Part shown: positions 1 to 7,648 of the stretch, in pieces
Layout of the letters: each line of letters begins with the position of its first letter
How positions within the stretch are numbered: the first letter of the stretch is position 1
NCBI GenBank assembly: GCA_900454475.1
Contig: UGSS01000002.1
Coordinates: forward strand, 917,605-949,604
Source: [Pasteurella] mairii
Lineage (GTDB): Bacteria > Pseudomonadota > Gammaproteobacteria > Enterobacterales > Pasteurellaceae
Length of the DNA stretch: 32,000 bases
Reading direction: 5' to 3'
Made by a program: the position numbers and the translations under genes
Notes under the pieces: model-generated
Databases searched by the model: none
The model's input: the letters and a program-made list of their open reading frames with translations, nothing else
What the model was told of the DNA's origin: nothing

Positions 1-272
1 TAGGTCACTAACTTAGTAAGTAGGCGTAAGCTGTTATCATCATTGTTGCAATTAAGTTATCTGAAGATATAAGTAGTACAGATAAAGTAATGAGGCAACC
101 TGTTATATGGCTAACAGTAGTCTAGGGAAAGTGCATTACTGGCAACGGTATTGTGCGGAGCATCCTGACAATGTACTCCCCGCAAGGGTCAATCAATATC
201 GCGAGGTAGGGTTGAGATAAGATGAACAACACATCTTGAGAGAGGCTAGACTGGATAGAAAGATAAACGTAA

Positions 273-654
273 CCATTAAGACGGGTATATATTCCCAAAC
301 CGAATGGGAAGAAACGCCCATTAGGGATACCGACAATGAAAGACAGAGCCATGCAAGCCCTTTACTTGTTAGCATTACAACCCGTGGCAGAAACAACTGC
401 AGATAAGGGGTCATATGGGTTTAGGCTTAACCGCTCAACCGCGGACGCCATTACCCATATATAAAACCCAACGGGGCAAATGTGCGTTATGTGGAGAACC
501 CATTACCAAAGAAACAGGATGGCACGACCACCATATCGTGTATCAAATGTTCGGAGGGAGTGATGCGTTAAGCAATCGCTGTTTGGTTCATCCTAACTGT
601 CACGTTAAAATTCATGCTTTGAAATTAGACGTAGTGAAACCGGCTTATGGCTAA
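273..654 (+). pseudogene. Remnant of a group II intron-encoded protein: RT blocks 1-2 joined out of frame to the C-terminal HNH (En) domain
   Basis: Frame 3 reads PLRRVYIPKPNGKKRPLGIPTMKDRAMQALYLLALQPVAETTADKGSYGFRLNRSTADAITHI, then a stop at 462. This is the canonical IPKxxGxxRPLGIPTxxDR...YGFRxxRS RT signature. Stops at 264 and 270 cut off the N-terminus. From about 460 a different frame (ORF 415..654) gives KCALCGEPITKETGWHDHHIVYQMFGGSDALSNRCLVHPNCHVKIH, an HNH motif. RT blocks 3-7 and the maturase X domain are missing, which indicates an internal deletion. Confidence 0.8.
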
Positions 655-665
655 TAGAAAGGCTT

Positions 666-699
666 GAGCTGTATGCGGAGAAATTCGCTTGTACAGTTC
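666..699 (+). ncRNA. Group II intron ribozyme domain V
   Basis: The sequence is GAGCUGUAUGCGGAGAAAUUCGCUUGUACAGUUC, 34 nt. It has the AGC catalytic triad at positions 2-4 and a 9-bp lower stem (GAGCUGUAU/GUACAGUUC). It also has a 2-nt bulge (UU) on the 3' side, an upper stem and a GAAA tetraloop. This matches the consensus architecture of domain V. Confidence 0.8.
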
Positions 700-737
700 T
701 TAGGGGGCGGAGATAGAGTAATCTATTTTCGCTTTTT

Positions 738-798
738 TTGTCAAAACAGACTTTTTTAGTATAACCTTTGGAAATTCACATACGCTTTGTGGTAGAAT
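738..798 (+). promoter_or_regulatory. Candidate sigma70 promoter elements upstream of sspA
   Basis: TTGTCA (738..743), 16 nt, TATAAC (760..765). A second extended -10 reads TGgTAGAAT (790..798). These were found by eye only. Confidence 0.3.
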
Positions 799-843
799 GT
801 CTCACTCACTTTTAATTTTATTTTTTAGTCGTCGGAGGAATAG

Positions 844-1482
844 ATGACAAGCGCTGCAAATAAACGTTCAATAATGACGCTTTTTTCGAATAAAACAGAT
901 ATTTATTGCCATCAAGTGCGCATTGTACTGGCGGAAAAAGGGGTTGCTTATGAAACGGAAGTTGTAGAACCGCAGGTAATTTCTGAAGATTTAATGGAGT
1001 TAAATCCTTATGGTACCATTCCGACTTTAGTTGATCGCGATTTGGTGTTATTTAATTCACGTATTATTATGGAATATCTTGATGAACGCTTTCCTCACCC
1101 GCCATTGATGCCGGTTTATCCTGTTGCACGTGGAAAAAGTCGTTTGTTGATGTTGCGTATTGAGCAAGATTGGTATTCTTTATTGGAGCAGGCGGAAAAA
1201 GGAAGCGATGAAGAAAAAGCGGATGCATTAAAACGCTTGAAAGAAGAATTATTGGCAATTGCACCGATTTTCACCCAAACTGCGTATTTTATGAGCGAAG
1301 AATTTAGCCTAGTGGACTGCTATATCGCGCCTTTATTATGGCGTATGCAACAATTAGGTGTTGAGTTTAGCGGTGCCGGCAGCAAAGCGATTAAGGCTTA
1401 TATGGATAGAGTATATCAACGCGATTCTTTTTTACAATCTGTCGGAGAGTCTGCGCCGAAAAACTTAATGGATGATAAATAG
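844..1482 (+). CDS. sspA: Stringent starvation protein A (GST-fold RNAP-associated protein)
   Basis: 212 aa, with a GGAGG SD at 835..839. The sequence (AANKRSxMTLFS...DIYxHQVRIVLAEKGV...SRIIMEYLDERFPHPPLMPVYPVARG...) is near-colinear with E. coli SspA as I recall it. It is followed by sspB, as in E. coli. Confidence 0.95.
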   Translation: MTSAANKRSIMTLFSNKTDIYCHQVRIVLAEKGVAYETEVVEPQVISEDLMELNPYGTIPTLVDRDLVLFNSRIIMEYLDERFPHPPLMPVYPVARGKSRLLMLRIEQDWYSLLEQAEKGSDEEKADALKRLKEELLAIAPIFTQTAYFMSEEFSLVDCYIAPLLWRMQQLGVEFSGAGSKAIKAYMDRVYQRDSFLQSVGESAPKNLMDDK

Positions 1483-1490
1483 GCTGGTTT

Positions 1491-1949
1491 ATGGAATATA
1501 AAGCATCTCCTAAACGCCCTTATTTATTAAGAGCTTATTACGATTGGTTCATCGATAACGAGTTCACGCCTTATTTGGTGGTTGATGCGACCTATCCGAT
1601 GGTGAAAGTTCCGGTAGAGTATGTGAAAGATGGGCAAATTGTGCTAAATCTTTCGGCAAATGCTACGGGTAATTTGGCGTTAACGAATGATTTTATTCAA
1701 TTTAACGCGCGTTTTCGTGGTGTAGCACAAGATATTTATATTCCGATGGGCGCCGCATTAGCGATTTATGCCCGTGAAAATGGGGACGGTGTGATGTTTG
1801 AGCCGGAGCCTTTTTATGATGAACAAGAAAGCGCGATTACCACAGAACAACCGTTAAGTTTTGCCGAAGCAGTAGATAAACCAAAAACGGAACCTAAAAC
1901 CGAAAAAAACAATAAAAAATCGGCGTCGCATTTACGAATTGTGAAATAA
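1491..1949 (+). CDS. sspB: Stringent starvation protein B (ClpXP adaptor)
   Basis: 152 aa. The N-terminus PKRPYLLRAYYDWFIDNEFTPYLVVDA and the C-terminal ClpX-binding tail ...LRIVK (E. coli has LRVVK) match SspB. The gene sits 9 nt after sspA. Confidence 0.93.
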   Translation: MEYKASPKRPYLLRAYYDWFIDNEFTPYLVVDATYPMVKVPVEYVKDGQIVLNLSANATGNLALTNDFIQFNARFRGVAQDIYIPMGAALAIYARENGDGVMFEPEPFYDEQESAITTEQPLSFAEAVDKPKTEPKTEKNNKKSASHLRIVK

Positions 1950-1964
1950 CCCGTTGAAAAATAG

Positions 1965-2017
1965 GAAAAAAAGACCGCACTTTATCGAATTCTAAAAAAA
2001 AGTGCGGTCTTTTTTTG
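1965..2017 (+). terminator. Rho-independent terminator formed by an inverted pair of uptake signal sequences (after sspB)
   Basis: AAAAAAAGACCGCACTT (1965..1982) pairs with AAGTGCGGTCTTTTTTT (2000..2016). The stem is followed by a T-run. This is the classic Haemophilus USS-pair terminator. Confidence 0.8.
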
Positions 2018-2028
2018 CGTTGTTTTTA

Positions 2029-2057
2029 TAAAAAAATCCCCACATCAAGTGGGGACG
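2029..2057 (-). terminator. Rho-independent terminator of asnS
   Basis: The hairpin is TCCCCAC-atcaa-GTGGGGA (2037..2056). On the minus strand it is followed by a T8 run (A-run 2029..2036), 9 nt after the asnS stop. Confidence 0.75.
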
Positions 2058-2065
2058 TTATTTGA

Positions 2066-3469
2066 TTAGAAGTTGGCGTTACGTGGCGAGCGAGGGAACG
2101 GGATAACGTCACGGATATTTTGTACACCGGTAACGTACACAATCAAACGCTCAAAACCAAGACCAAAGCCGGCGTGTGGAACGGTACCGTAACGACGTAA
2201 ATCGCGATACCACCAGTAATCTTCCGGATTTAATCCCATTTCCACCATGCGTTTATCTAATACGTCCAGACGTTCTTCACGTTGTGAACCTCCGATAATT
2301 TCACCAATTCCCGGCGCTAACACGTCCATTGCTGCAACGGTTTTGCCATCGTCATTTAAACGCATATAGAATGCTTTAATATCTTTCGGATAATTTTTCA
2401 CCACTACTGGCGATTTAAAATATTCTTCCGCCAAATAGCGTTCATGTTCGGAAGATAAGTCGATCCCCCAAGAAACTGGGAATTCGAATTTTTTACCCGA
2501 TTTTAATAACACTTCAATCGCGTCGGTATAATCAATTTGCGCGAAATCAGAATTAATAAAGTTTTCTAAACGGGTAATGACGGTATTATCTACGTGTTTT
2601 TCAAAGAATTTCAAATCATCTTGGCGTTCATTTAACACAGCGCGGAACACGTATTTCAACATATCTTCCGCCAATTTTGCATTATCTGCTAGAGTTGCAA
2701 ATGCAATTTCCGGTTCAACCATCCAGAACTCCGCCAAGTGGCGAGTAGTGTTGGAGTTTTCTGCACGGAATGTTGGACCGAAAGTATAAATTTTACTTAA
2801 TGCACAAGCATAGGTTTCACCGTTAAGCTGACCGGAAACGGTTAAAAAGGATTCTTTACCGAAAAAGTCTTGTGAAAAATCCACCGCACCTTTGTTGGTA
2901 CGCGGTAAATTTTCCAGATCTAATGTGGACACACGGAACATTTCGCCCGCGCCTTCCGTATCGGAAGCGGTAATTAATGGGGTGGCAACCCAGTAAAAAC
3001 CTTGTTCATGGAAAAAGCGGTGAATTGCTTGTGCTAAGCAATGGCGAACACGCGCAACTGCACCGATAATATTTGTGCGTGGGCGAAGATGCGCGACTTC
3101 GCGTAAATATTCGATACTGTGACGTTTGGCTGCCATAGGATAAGTTTCTGGATCTTCTACCCAACCGCTAACTTCAACCGTTTCTGCTTGTAATTCAACT
3201 GATTGACCTTCTGCTGGCGACTCAACAATGGTTCCTGTTACGATCACAGAACAACCGGTTGTTAAATGTAGCACTTCATTTTCGTAATTTTGAATATCGT
3301 TGTTTACGATAGCTTGAATTGGATCAAAACAAGAACCATCGTAAACCGCTAAAAAGGAAAGTCCCGCTTTGGAATCACGACGCGTACGTACCCAACCGCG
3401 AACCGTTACTTTTTCACCGACTAAAACTTTACCCTGTAAAACTTCAGCAACAGATGCAATTTTTGTCAT
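2066..3469 (-). CDS. asnS: Asparaginyl-tRNA synthetase
   Basis: The ORF-track frame is 2066..3538. I place the start at the internal ATG 3469 ([14 protein letters not shown]...), preceded by GAGG. That start aligns with E. coli AsnS MSVVPVADVLQGR...[37 protein letters not shown]. The C-terminus is ...[34 protein letters not shown]. Confidence 0.95.
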   Translation of the reverse strand: MTKIASVAEVLQGKVLVGEKVTVRGWVRTRRDSKAGLSFLAVYDGSCFDPIQAIVNNDIQNYENEVLHLTTGCSVIVTGTIVESPAEGQSVELQAETVEVSGWVEDPETYPMAAKRHSIEYLREVAHLRPRTNIIGAVARVRHCLAQAIHRFFHEQGFYWVATPLITASDTEGAGEMFRVSTLDLENLPRTNKGAVDFSQDFFGKESFLTVSGQLNGETYACALSKIYTFGPTFRAENSNTTRHLAEFWMVEPEIAFATLADNAKLAEDMLKYVFRAVLNERQDDLKFFEKHVDNTVITRLENFINSDFAQIDYTDAIEVLLKSGKKFEFPVSWGIDLSSEHERYLAEEYFKSPVVVKNYPKDIKAFYMRLNDDGKTVAAMDVLAPGIGEIIGGSQREERLDVLDKRMVEMGLNPEDYWWYRDLRRYGTVPHAGFGLGFERLIVYVTGVQNIRDVIPFPRSPRNANF

Positions 3470-3561
3470 ATCAACCTCAATGCAATAAAATTGAATAAAA
3501 AACCTGCTTAGTTTACCGCAACTTCGGCAAATTACCAAAATGAATTAAATTTTTTTATTTT

Positions 3562-3577
3562 TGTGAAAATATTCACA
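3562..3577. promoter_or_regulatory. Consensus CRP site in the divergent asnS / ROK-regulator intergenic region
   Basis: TGTGAaaatatTCACA has both half-sites perfect with a 6-nt spacer. It lies about 90 bp from both start codons (3469 and 3667). E. coli mlc is known to be CRP-dependent. Confidence 0.6.
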
Positions 3578-3666
3578 GAATTGCAAAGATCGCCTTGTTT
3601 TTTTTAAGGTTACTGGTATAAAAGGGAAAATATTTTAATAAATTCAAATAAACCATTAGGACAATT

Positions 3667-4893
3667 ATGGCAAAGGTAAGAAAGGAAGACAAATTACCGC
3701 TAAAATTAAAACAATTAGGTAAAATTTATCAATTAATTGAACAATTTGAAGAAATTTCACGTATTGATCTATCTAAATTATCTCGACTTGCACCGGCGAC
3801 AATTACCGCGTTGACTAGACAGTTGATTGATGAAAAATTAATTATTGAAAGAGCGGTGCAAAATACAGAGTCGCGCGGACGACCAGCAGTTGGATTATGC
3901 GTTTCTCCTTTTTATTGGCAATCTATATGTGCTATTTTGATTGAAGATCATTTTGACATTTTGTTATGTGGCTTGGATGGGGCGCCAATAGAACAAGCAA
4001 TTTATCCGTTACACAGTGATGACTTTGAGCATTTAGACCAATTTTTGCTTAATTGTGTGCAGCATTTTATGTCAAATATTCAGTCGAAACTCAACCATCC
4101 AATGACGTTTTCTATTGCGGTGGCGGGGGAGTTGGACAAATCGACGCAAAATCTCGTTCGCTTGGGTAAACGAACACTGGATTTAAATTTGCGAGCCTTA
4201 TTTGAACCGCACTTTGATATTCCGATTTTAATGACAGAATATTTCCAAACCTGGCTATATGCGGAAAATACCTTAGGTAGCGTGATTGGCTGTGATAATG
4301 TGTTATTTTTGCAATTGGATGATGTAATCAATTTAGGTGTTTTGATACAAGGCGAGCTGCTTTATCATAAAGAATACAAAAAAATTAATATTGATAAACT
4401 GATTGTGCCGAAAGATAACCTGTTGCAAGAATTGATTAATATTCATTTACCGGAATTGGAACGTTATCAATTAACCAATCAAATTACGCACAAGGCAATT
4501 TATCAATTAATTGATCAGCTTTATCCTAAAAATGTGTTGGCGAATAAAAATGATAAAATTCAATTTTTATGCCAAAAAGCCAATGATGGCGATAAAAGTG
4601 CGGTCAATATTTTGTATTTTATTGCGGATACTTTGGCGTATGTGTTGATGAATTTAGTGAATATTTTCTCCTCCGAAAAAATTATGTTCAGTTCCAGTTT
4701 ATTATCTGCGAAAGAAATTTTCCTGCCTCGCTTGAATGCCACCTTAGCAAAAAATCTCGTCAATACCCCACATCAGGCTGAAGTAGTGGTCAGCCAATAT
4801 CAGTGGAATAGCCCTATAGTATTAACCTCCGCGATTAAACAGGGGATTTATAACGGTAGTTTGTTAAAACATTTGATCAAATCTGAAACTTAA
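3667..4893 (+). CDS. ROK-family transcriptional regulator, Mlc/NagC-like
   Basis: 408 aa. The N-terminal wHTH (IYQLIEQFEEISRIDLSKLSRLAPATITALTRQLIDEKLI...SRGRPAVGL) and the C-terminal end (...GIYNGSLLKHLI) parallel E. coli Mlc (YRLIDQLGPVSRIDLSRLAQLAPASITKIVREML...NRGRPAVGL ... AMYNGSLLIRLL). The symbol is left blank because orthology was not verified. Confidence 0.8.
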   Translation: MAKVRKEDKLPLKLKQLGKIYQLIEQFEEISRIDLSKLSRLAPATITALTRQLIDEKLIIERAVQNTESRGRPAVGLCVSPFYWQSICAILIEDHFDILLCGLDGAPIEQAIYPLHSDDFEHLDQFLLNCVQHFMSNIQSKLNHPMTFSIAVAGELDKSTQNLVRLGKRTLDLNLRALFEPHFDIPILMTEYFQTWLYAENTLGSVIGCDNVLFLQLDDVINLGVLIQGELLYHKEYKKINIDKLIVPKDNLLQELINIHLPELERYQLTNQITHKAIYQLIDQLYPKNVLANKNDKIQFLCQKANDGDKSAVNILYFIADTLAYVLMNLVNIFSSEKIMFSSSLLSAKEIFLPRLNATLAKNLVNTPHQAEVVVSQYQWNSPIVLTSAIKQGIYNGSLLKHLIKSET

Positions 4894-4975
4894 TTTAACA
4901 AAACTTGTGTTAGCTCAATATTTTTGATAAAAAATTGGTTTAGAATTTTCTCCAGTTTAATAAAGGAGATGGCCA

Positions 4976-5704
4976 ATGAGTAGCTTTTTTGTCACTGGAA
5001 CAGATACCAATGTCGGGAAAACAATTTCCAGTCGAGCAATTATTCAAGCATTACAAGCGAAAAATATCCGTATTGTCGGATATAAACCCATTGCGTGTGG
5101 ACAGGATGATCCGATTTATGTTGATTTACAACAAACTCAAAAAGACGATTATGGTACACAAGATAATCCGGATGTATTGACCTTGATGCATTCCACGAAA
5201 GAAAAAGTCTCTTATCAAGACGTAAATAGTTATACCTTCGTGCATACCATGCCAATGTTGACTACGGATTGCGAGATTATTGATATTGAAAAAATTAATC
5301 GCGATTTAAAACGTTTGACGGATCAATACCAAACCGTTGTGGTTGAAGGATCTTTTGGTTGGTTGACACCAATGAATAAAACACATAGTTTTGCCAGTTG
5401 GGTCGCGTCTCATCAAATGCCGGTAGTTTTAGTCGTTGGAATTAAAGAAGGTTGTATCAATCATGCGTTATTAAGTGCGGCGGCAATTAAACAATCTGGT
5501 TTACCGCTACTGGGCTGGATTGCGAATCGAATTAATCCAGGATTAGGATATTATGCCGAAATTATTCGCTTGCTTAGCGATAAAATTGATGCCCCGCTGT
5601 TAGGACAAATTCCTTATGTGCATAAACCGGAAGAACAGGAGTTAGGGCAATATATTACCAATGTTGAGCGTTTAACCTATATGCAAACAGAGTTAGTGAA
5701 ATAA
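4976..5704 (+). CDS. bioD: Dethiobiotin synthetase (ATP-dependent)
   Basis: 242 aa with an AAGGAG SD. The P-loop-like [13 protein letters not shown], then [16 protein letters not shown] and [16 protein letters not shown] match the BioD pattern (E. coli has YFVTGTDTEVGKT...YKPVASG...VEGAGGW...VVGVKLGCINHAMLT). Confidence 0.88.
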   Translation: MSSFFVTGTDTNVGKTISSRAIIQALQAKNIRIVGYKPIACGQDDPIYVDLQQTQKDDYGTQDNPDVLTLMHSTKEKVSYQDVNSYTFVHTMPMLTTDCEIIDIEKINRDLKRLTDQYQTVVVEGSFGWLTPMNKTHSFASWVASHQMPVVLVVGIKEGCINHALLSAAAIKQSGLPLLGWIANRINPGLGYYAEIIRLLSDKIDAPLLGQIPYVHKPEEQELGQYITNVERLTYMQTELVK

Positions 5705-5724
5705 TTCTTCTATAGAACAACATT

Positions 5725-5772
5725 AAATCGTATATAATTTACCCAAAACGAGGGATTTATATGCGATTTTTT
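5725..5772 (+). terminator. Possible rho-independent terminator after bioD
   Basis: AAATCGTATATAA (5725..5737) pairs with TTATATGCGATTT (5757..5769) with one G.U, followed by T-rich sequence. The stem is AT-rich and the loop is long (19 nt), so this is tentative. Confidence 0.35.
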
Positions 5773-5889
5773 ATTACAGCGTAAATTTTGACTTTACATA
5801 AGTAAATCTTTCATTTTTTCTTACCTTTAAATTTATTTGATATTCAATTAGTTATCATTTTTTTAATGAGTAAATTTGCCCTTGTTTAT

Positions 5890-5904
5890 GTAAAATAATG
5901 TAAA
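5890..5904 (+). promoter_or_regulatory. CpxR-box-like tandem repeat GTAAA-N5-GTAAA upstream of the lipoprotein gene
   Basis: GTAAAataatGTAAA is an exact match to the GTAAA(N5)GTAAA CpxR consensus. It lies about 110 bp upstream of the ATG at 6012. The region is very AT-rich, so a chance occurrence is possible. Confidence 0.35.
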
Positions 5905-6011
5905 TCTTATTTCATTCTTGATAAATTGTATTATACTTAAGTCTATTCTTTAGAGCGTGATATTTAGTCGGACATGCTCTTCATTTTTATTATTTTACTC
6001 AGGAGTAAAAC

Positions 6012-6509
6012 ATGAAAAAATCAGTATTGGCAGTGTTAGTGTTAGGTGCAACTTTATCTTTAAGCGCTTGTTTCGATAAAGACAGCAAAACTGCGGAACA
6101 AGTTGACAATGCAAAAGCAAGCATGACAGAAGCTAAAGATGCAGTAGCGAAAGCCGCAACCGACGTTAAAGATGCGACCGTGCAAGTGGCTTCTGAGATG
6201 AAAGATAACGTCGCTGCAAAAGCAACAGAAATGAAGGATGCAGCAGTACAAAAAATTGAAGAGGTGCAATCAGCTGTAAATGAAAAAGTAAATGCATTAA
6301 CTGAAAAAGCAGCTGAAACTAAGGATGCAGCAGCACAGAAAGCAACTGAAGTAAAAGATGCAGTAGCGGAAAAAGTAGCTCAAACTAAAGAAGCAGCGGT
6401 TGAAGCAAAAGATGTGGCAGCTGAAAAAGCGACTGAAGCAAAAGACGCAGCAATGGACAAAGTTAACCAAGCAGCAGATCAAGTAAAACAAGCTACAGAA
6501 ACTAAATAA
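6012..6509 (+). CDS. Lipoprotein with about 11 tandem 11-residue amphipathic repeats (LEA-3 / apolipoprotein-like)
   Basis: 165 aa with an AGGAG SD. The signal peptide MKKSVLAVLVLGATLSLSAC carries an L-S-A-C lipobox. The mature part is almost entirely 11-mer repeats of the type KDAxAxKAxEx (KDAVAKAATDV, KDATVQVASEM, KDNVAAKATEM, KDAAVQKIEEV ...). Confidence 0.85.
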   Translation: MKKSVLAVLVLGATLSLSACFDKDSKTAEQVDNAKASMTEAKDAVAKAATDVKDATVQVASEMKDNVAAKATEMKDAAVQKIEEVQSAVNEKVNALTEKAAETKDAAAQKATEVKDAVAEKVAQTKEAAVEAKDVAAEKATEAKDAAMDKVNQAADQVKQATETK

Positions 6510-6598
6510 TCTGAAATTTGTTTTATGGAGCCGGAAAGAGAGCACATTTTCCGACTTCATTATTTATTGTCAAATTCATTTTCATTTATTCCAATTTT

Positions 6599-6607
6599 TG
6601 TTAGAAT
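6599..6607 (+). promoter_or_regulatory. Extended -10 element of the ssrA promoter (candidate)
   Basis: TGtTAGAAT ends 12 nt upstream of the mature tmRNA 5' end (6620). This is consistent with a short RNase P-processed leader. Confidence 0.4.
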
Positions 6608-6619
6608 AAATGAAATTTG

Positions 6620-6985
6620 GGGGCTGATTCTGGATTCGACGGGATTAGCGAAGCCCAAGGTGCAGGTCGAGGTGCGGTAGGCCTCGTAAACAAACCGCAA
6701 AAAATAGTCGCAAACGACGAACAATACGCTTTAGCAGCTTAATAACCTGCTCATAGCCTTCGCTCCCTAGCTTCCGCTCGTAAGACGGGGATAAAGCGGA
6801 GTCAACCTTAAACGAGATCGTGTGGACGCTTAGGCTTGGAGATCGAAACACTAAATTGAATCAAGCTAGCTTATTGCTTGCGTGTCTGTCCGCTGGTAGT
6901 AAGTGAAATTAAAGACGAGACTAAACCTGTAGTGCTAAAGGTAGAGTAATTTCGGACGGGGGTTCAACTCCCCCCAGCTCCACCA
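6620..6985 (+). ncRNA. ssrA: tmRNA (SsrA), 366 nt
   Basis: The 5' end is GGGGCTGATTCTGGATTCGACGGGATT and the 3' end is GGACGGGGGTTCAACTCCCCCCAGCTCCACCA, a tRNA-Ala-like acceptor/T-arm with CCA. The internal tag ORF is GCAAACGACGAACAATACGCTTTAGCAGCTTAA (6710..6742), which encodes ANDEQYALAA*. Confidence 0.97.
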
Positions 6986-7017
6986 AAACATATTCCAAAG
7001 CGATTTTATGAAATCCT

Positions 7018-7055
7018 AAAACCCCTTGAAAATACTGACTTCAAGGGGTTTTTTA
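7018..7055 (+). terminator. Rho-independent terminator of ssrA
   Basis: AAAACCCCTTGAA-aatactgac-TTCAAGGGGTTTTTT has a 10-11 bp GC-containing stem plus a T6 run. Confidence 0.85.
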
Positions 7056-7095
7056 TTGCCTATGCGTTCCTATGAAATCCTATAAAATCCTAGAC

Positions 7096-7154
7096 TTTTA
7101 GTTATACGTTTAGTTATACTAGCCGAGCATATAACTAAAGTCGTATAACTAAAA
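7096..7154. repeat. 59-bp near-palindrome built from four TAGTTATAC / GTATAACTA units (putative integrase arm-type or operator sites)
   Basis: TTTTAGTTATACGTTTAGTTATAC-tagccgagca-TATAACTAAAGTCGTATAACTAAAA. A fifth copy (GATAGTTATACGG) lies at 7214..7226, just upstream of the integrase fragment start. Confidence 0.6.
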
Positions 7155-7240
7155 CAGAATATCAGTATAAATATCATGTAGTTACAGCGATATTGTTATA
7201 TCTGTTTTTTGTAGATAGTTATACGGAACAAGGGGCGATT

Positions 7241-7504
7241 ATGGCGCGCACAACCAAACCACTAAACAGCACGCAAATAGAGAAAGCAAAACCACAAGCT
7301 AAAGAGTTTACGTTAGCGGATGGAAAGGGGCTTTATTTGCTGATTAAGCCTAATGGGGCTAAGTTATGGCGGTTTAATTATTACAAGCCTTTCACACAGC
7401 CAAAGAAAAGAGTTTTAATCAGTATTGGGCGTTATCCTGACATATCACTACAACAGGCGCGCCAAATTCGAGATGATTTTAATGCTCTATTCATTTGTTT
7501 GTAG
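7241..7504 (+). pseudogene. N-terminal fragment (about 87 aa) of a P4-type tyrosine integrase (DUF4102 arm-binding domain only)
   Basis: MARTTKPLNSTQIEKAKPQAKEFTLADGKGLYLLIKPNGAKLWRFNYY...ISIGRYPDISLQQARQIRDDFNAL parallels the P4 Int N-terminus (LTDAKIRTLKP..K.FKVSDSHGLYLLVKPGGSRHWYLKYR...ALGAYPAISLSDARQQRE). An AAGGGG SD lies upstream. The frame ends at 7504 and no catalytic domain follows. The location immediately 3' of tmRNA is a classic island integration site. Confidence 0.8.
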
Positions 7505-7565
7505 TAAGATTTTTGTACATTAAAAATTTTTCTAGTTGTATCTTTGCAACAAAAGGCATTAAAAA

Positions 7566-7597
7566 GCCCTTAACCTATAGTAAATTAAGCGCTTTTT
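7566..7597. terminator. Possible bidirectional hairpin terminator between the integrase fragment and the acyltransferase 3' end
   Basis: GCCCTTAA (7566..7573) pairs with TTAAGCGC (7585..7592) with one mismatch. It is flanked by A5 on the left and T5 on the right. Confidence 0.4.
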
Positions 7598-7648
7598 AAG
7601 TTTCACTTAACTACATTATGTTTGGTGTGCTTTGAGAACTGCCTATCA

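Larger units (their letters stand above)
1..726 (+). mobile_element. 3' part of a degenerate group II intron. The window starts inside it and the 3' boundary is approximate.
   Basis: It contains RT-block and HNH-domain coding remnants (273..654). These are followed by a textbook 34-nt domain V hairpin (666..699) and a short domain VI-like hairpin ending ...AGATAGAGTAATCTAT near 726. The sspA promoter region follows. Confidence 0.75.

Noticed and set aside
122-414. Minus-strand ORFs 122..352 and 193..414
   Set aside because: They lie antisense to intron RNA and RT-remnant sequence and have no recognisable motifs or SD.
415-654. Stand-alone HNH endonuclease gene
   Set aside because: Its first 15 codons overlap, in another frame, the end of the RT-block remnant. 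The HNH part is the En domain of a group II intron IEP, and domain V follows 12 nt later. It is better explained as a fragment of a deleted IEP than as an independent gene.
3470-3538. Longer starts suggested by the ORF track for asnS (3538), sbcB (17304), putA (26269), pirin (28279), ftnB (29193), the MTase (19039) and the integrase fragment (7193)
   Set aside because: In each case an internal ATG with a proper SD aligns with the N-terminus of the remembered homolog, and the upstream extension overlaps the SD or a neighbouring gene.
6060-6560. Minus-strand Cys/Phe-rich ORFs 6060..6269 and 6297..6560
   Set aside because: They are antisense translations of the GCA/GAA/AAA-rich lipoprotein repeats and have no start context.
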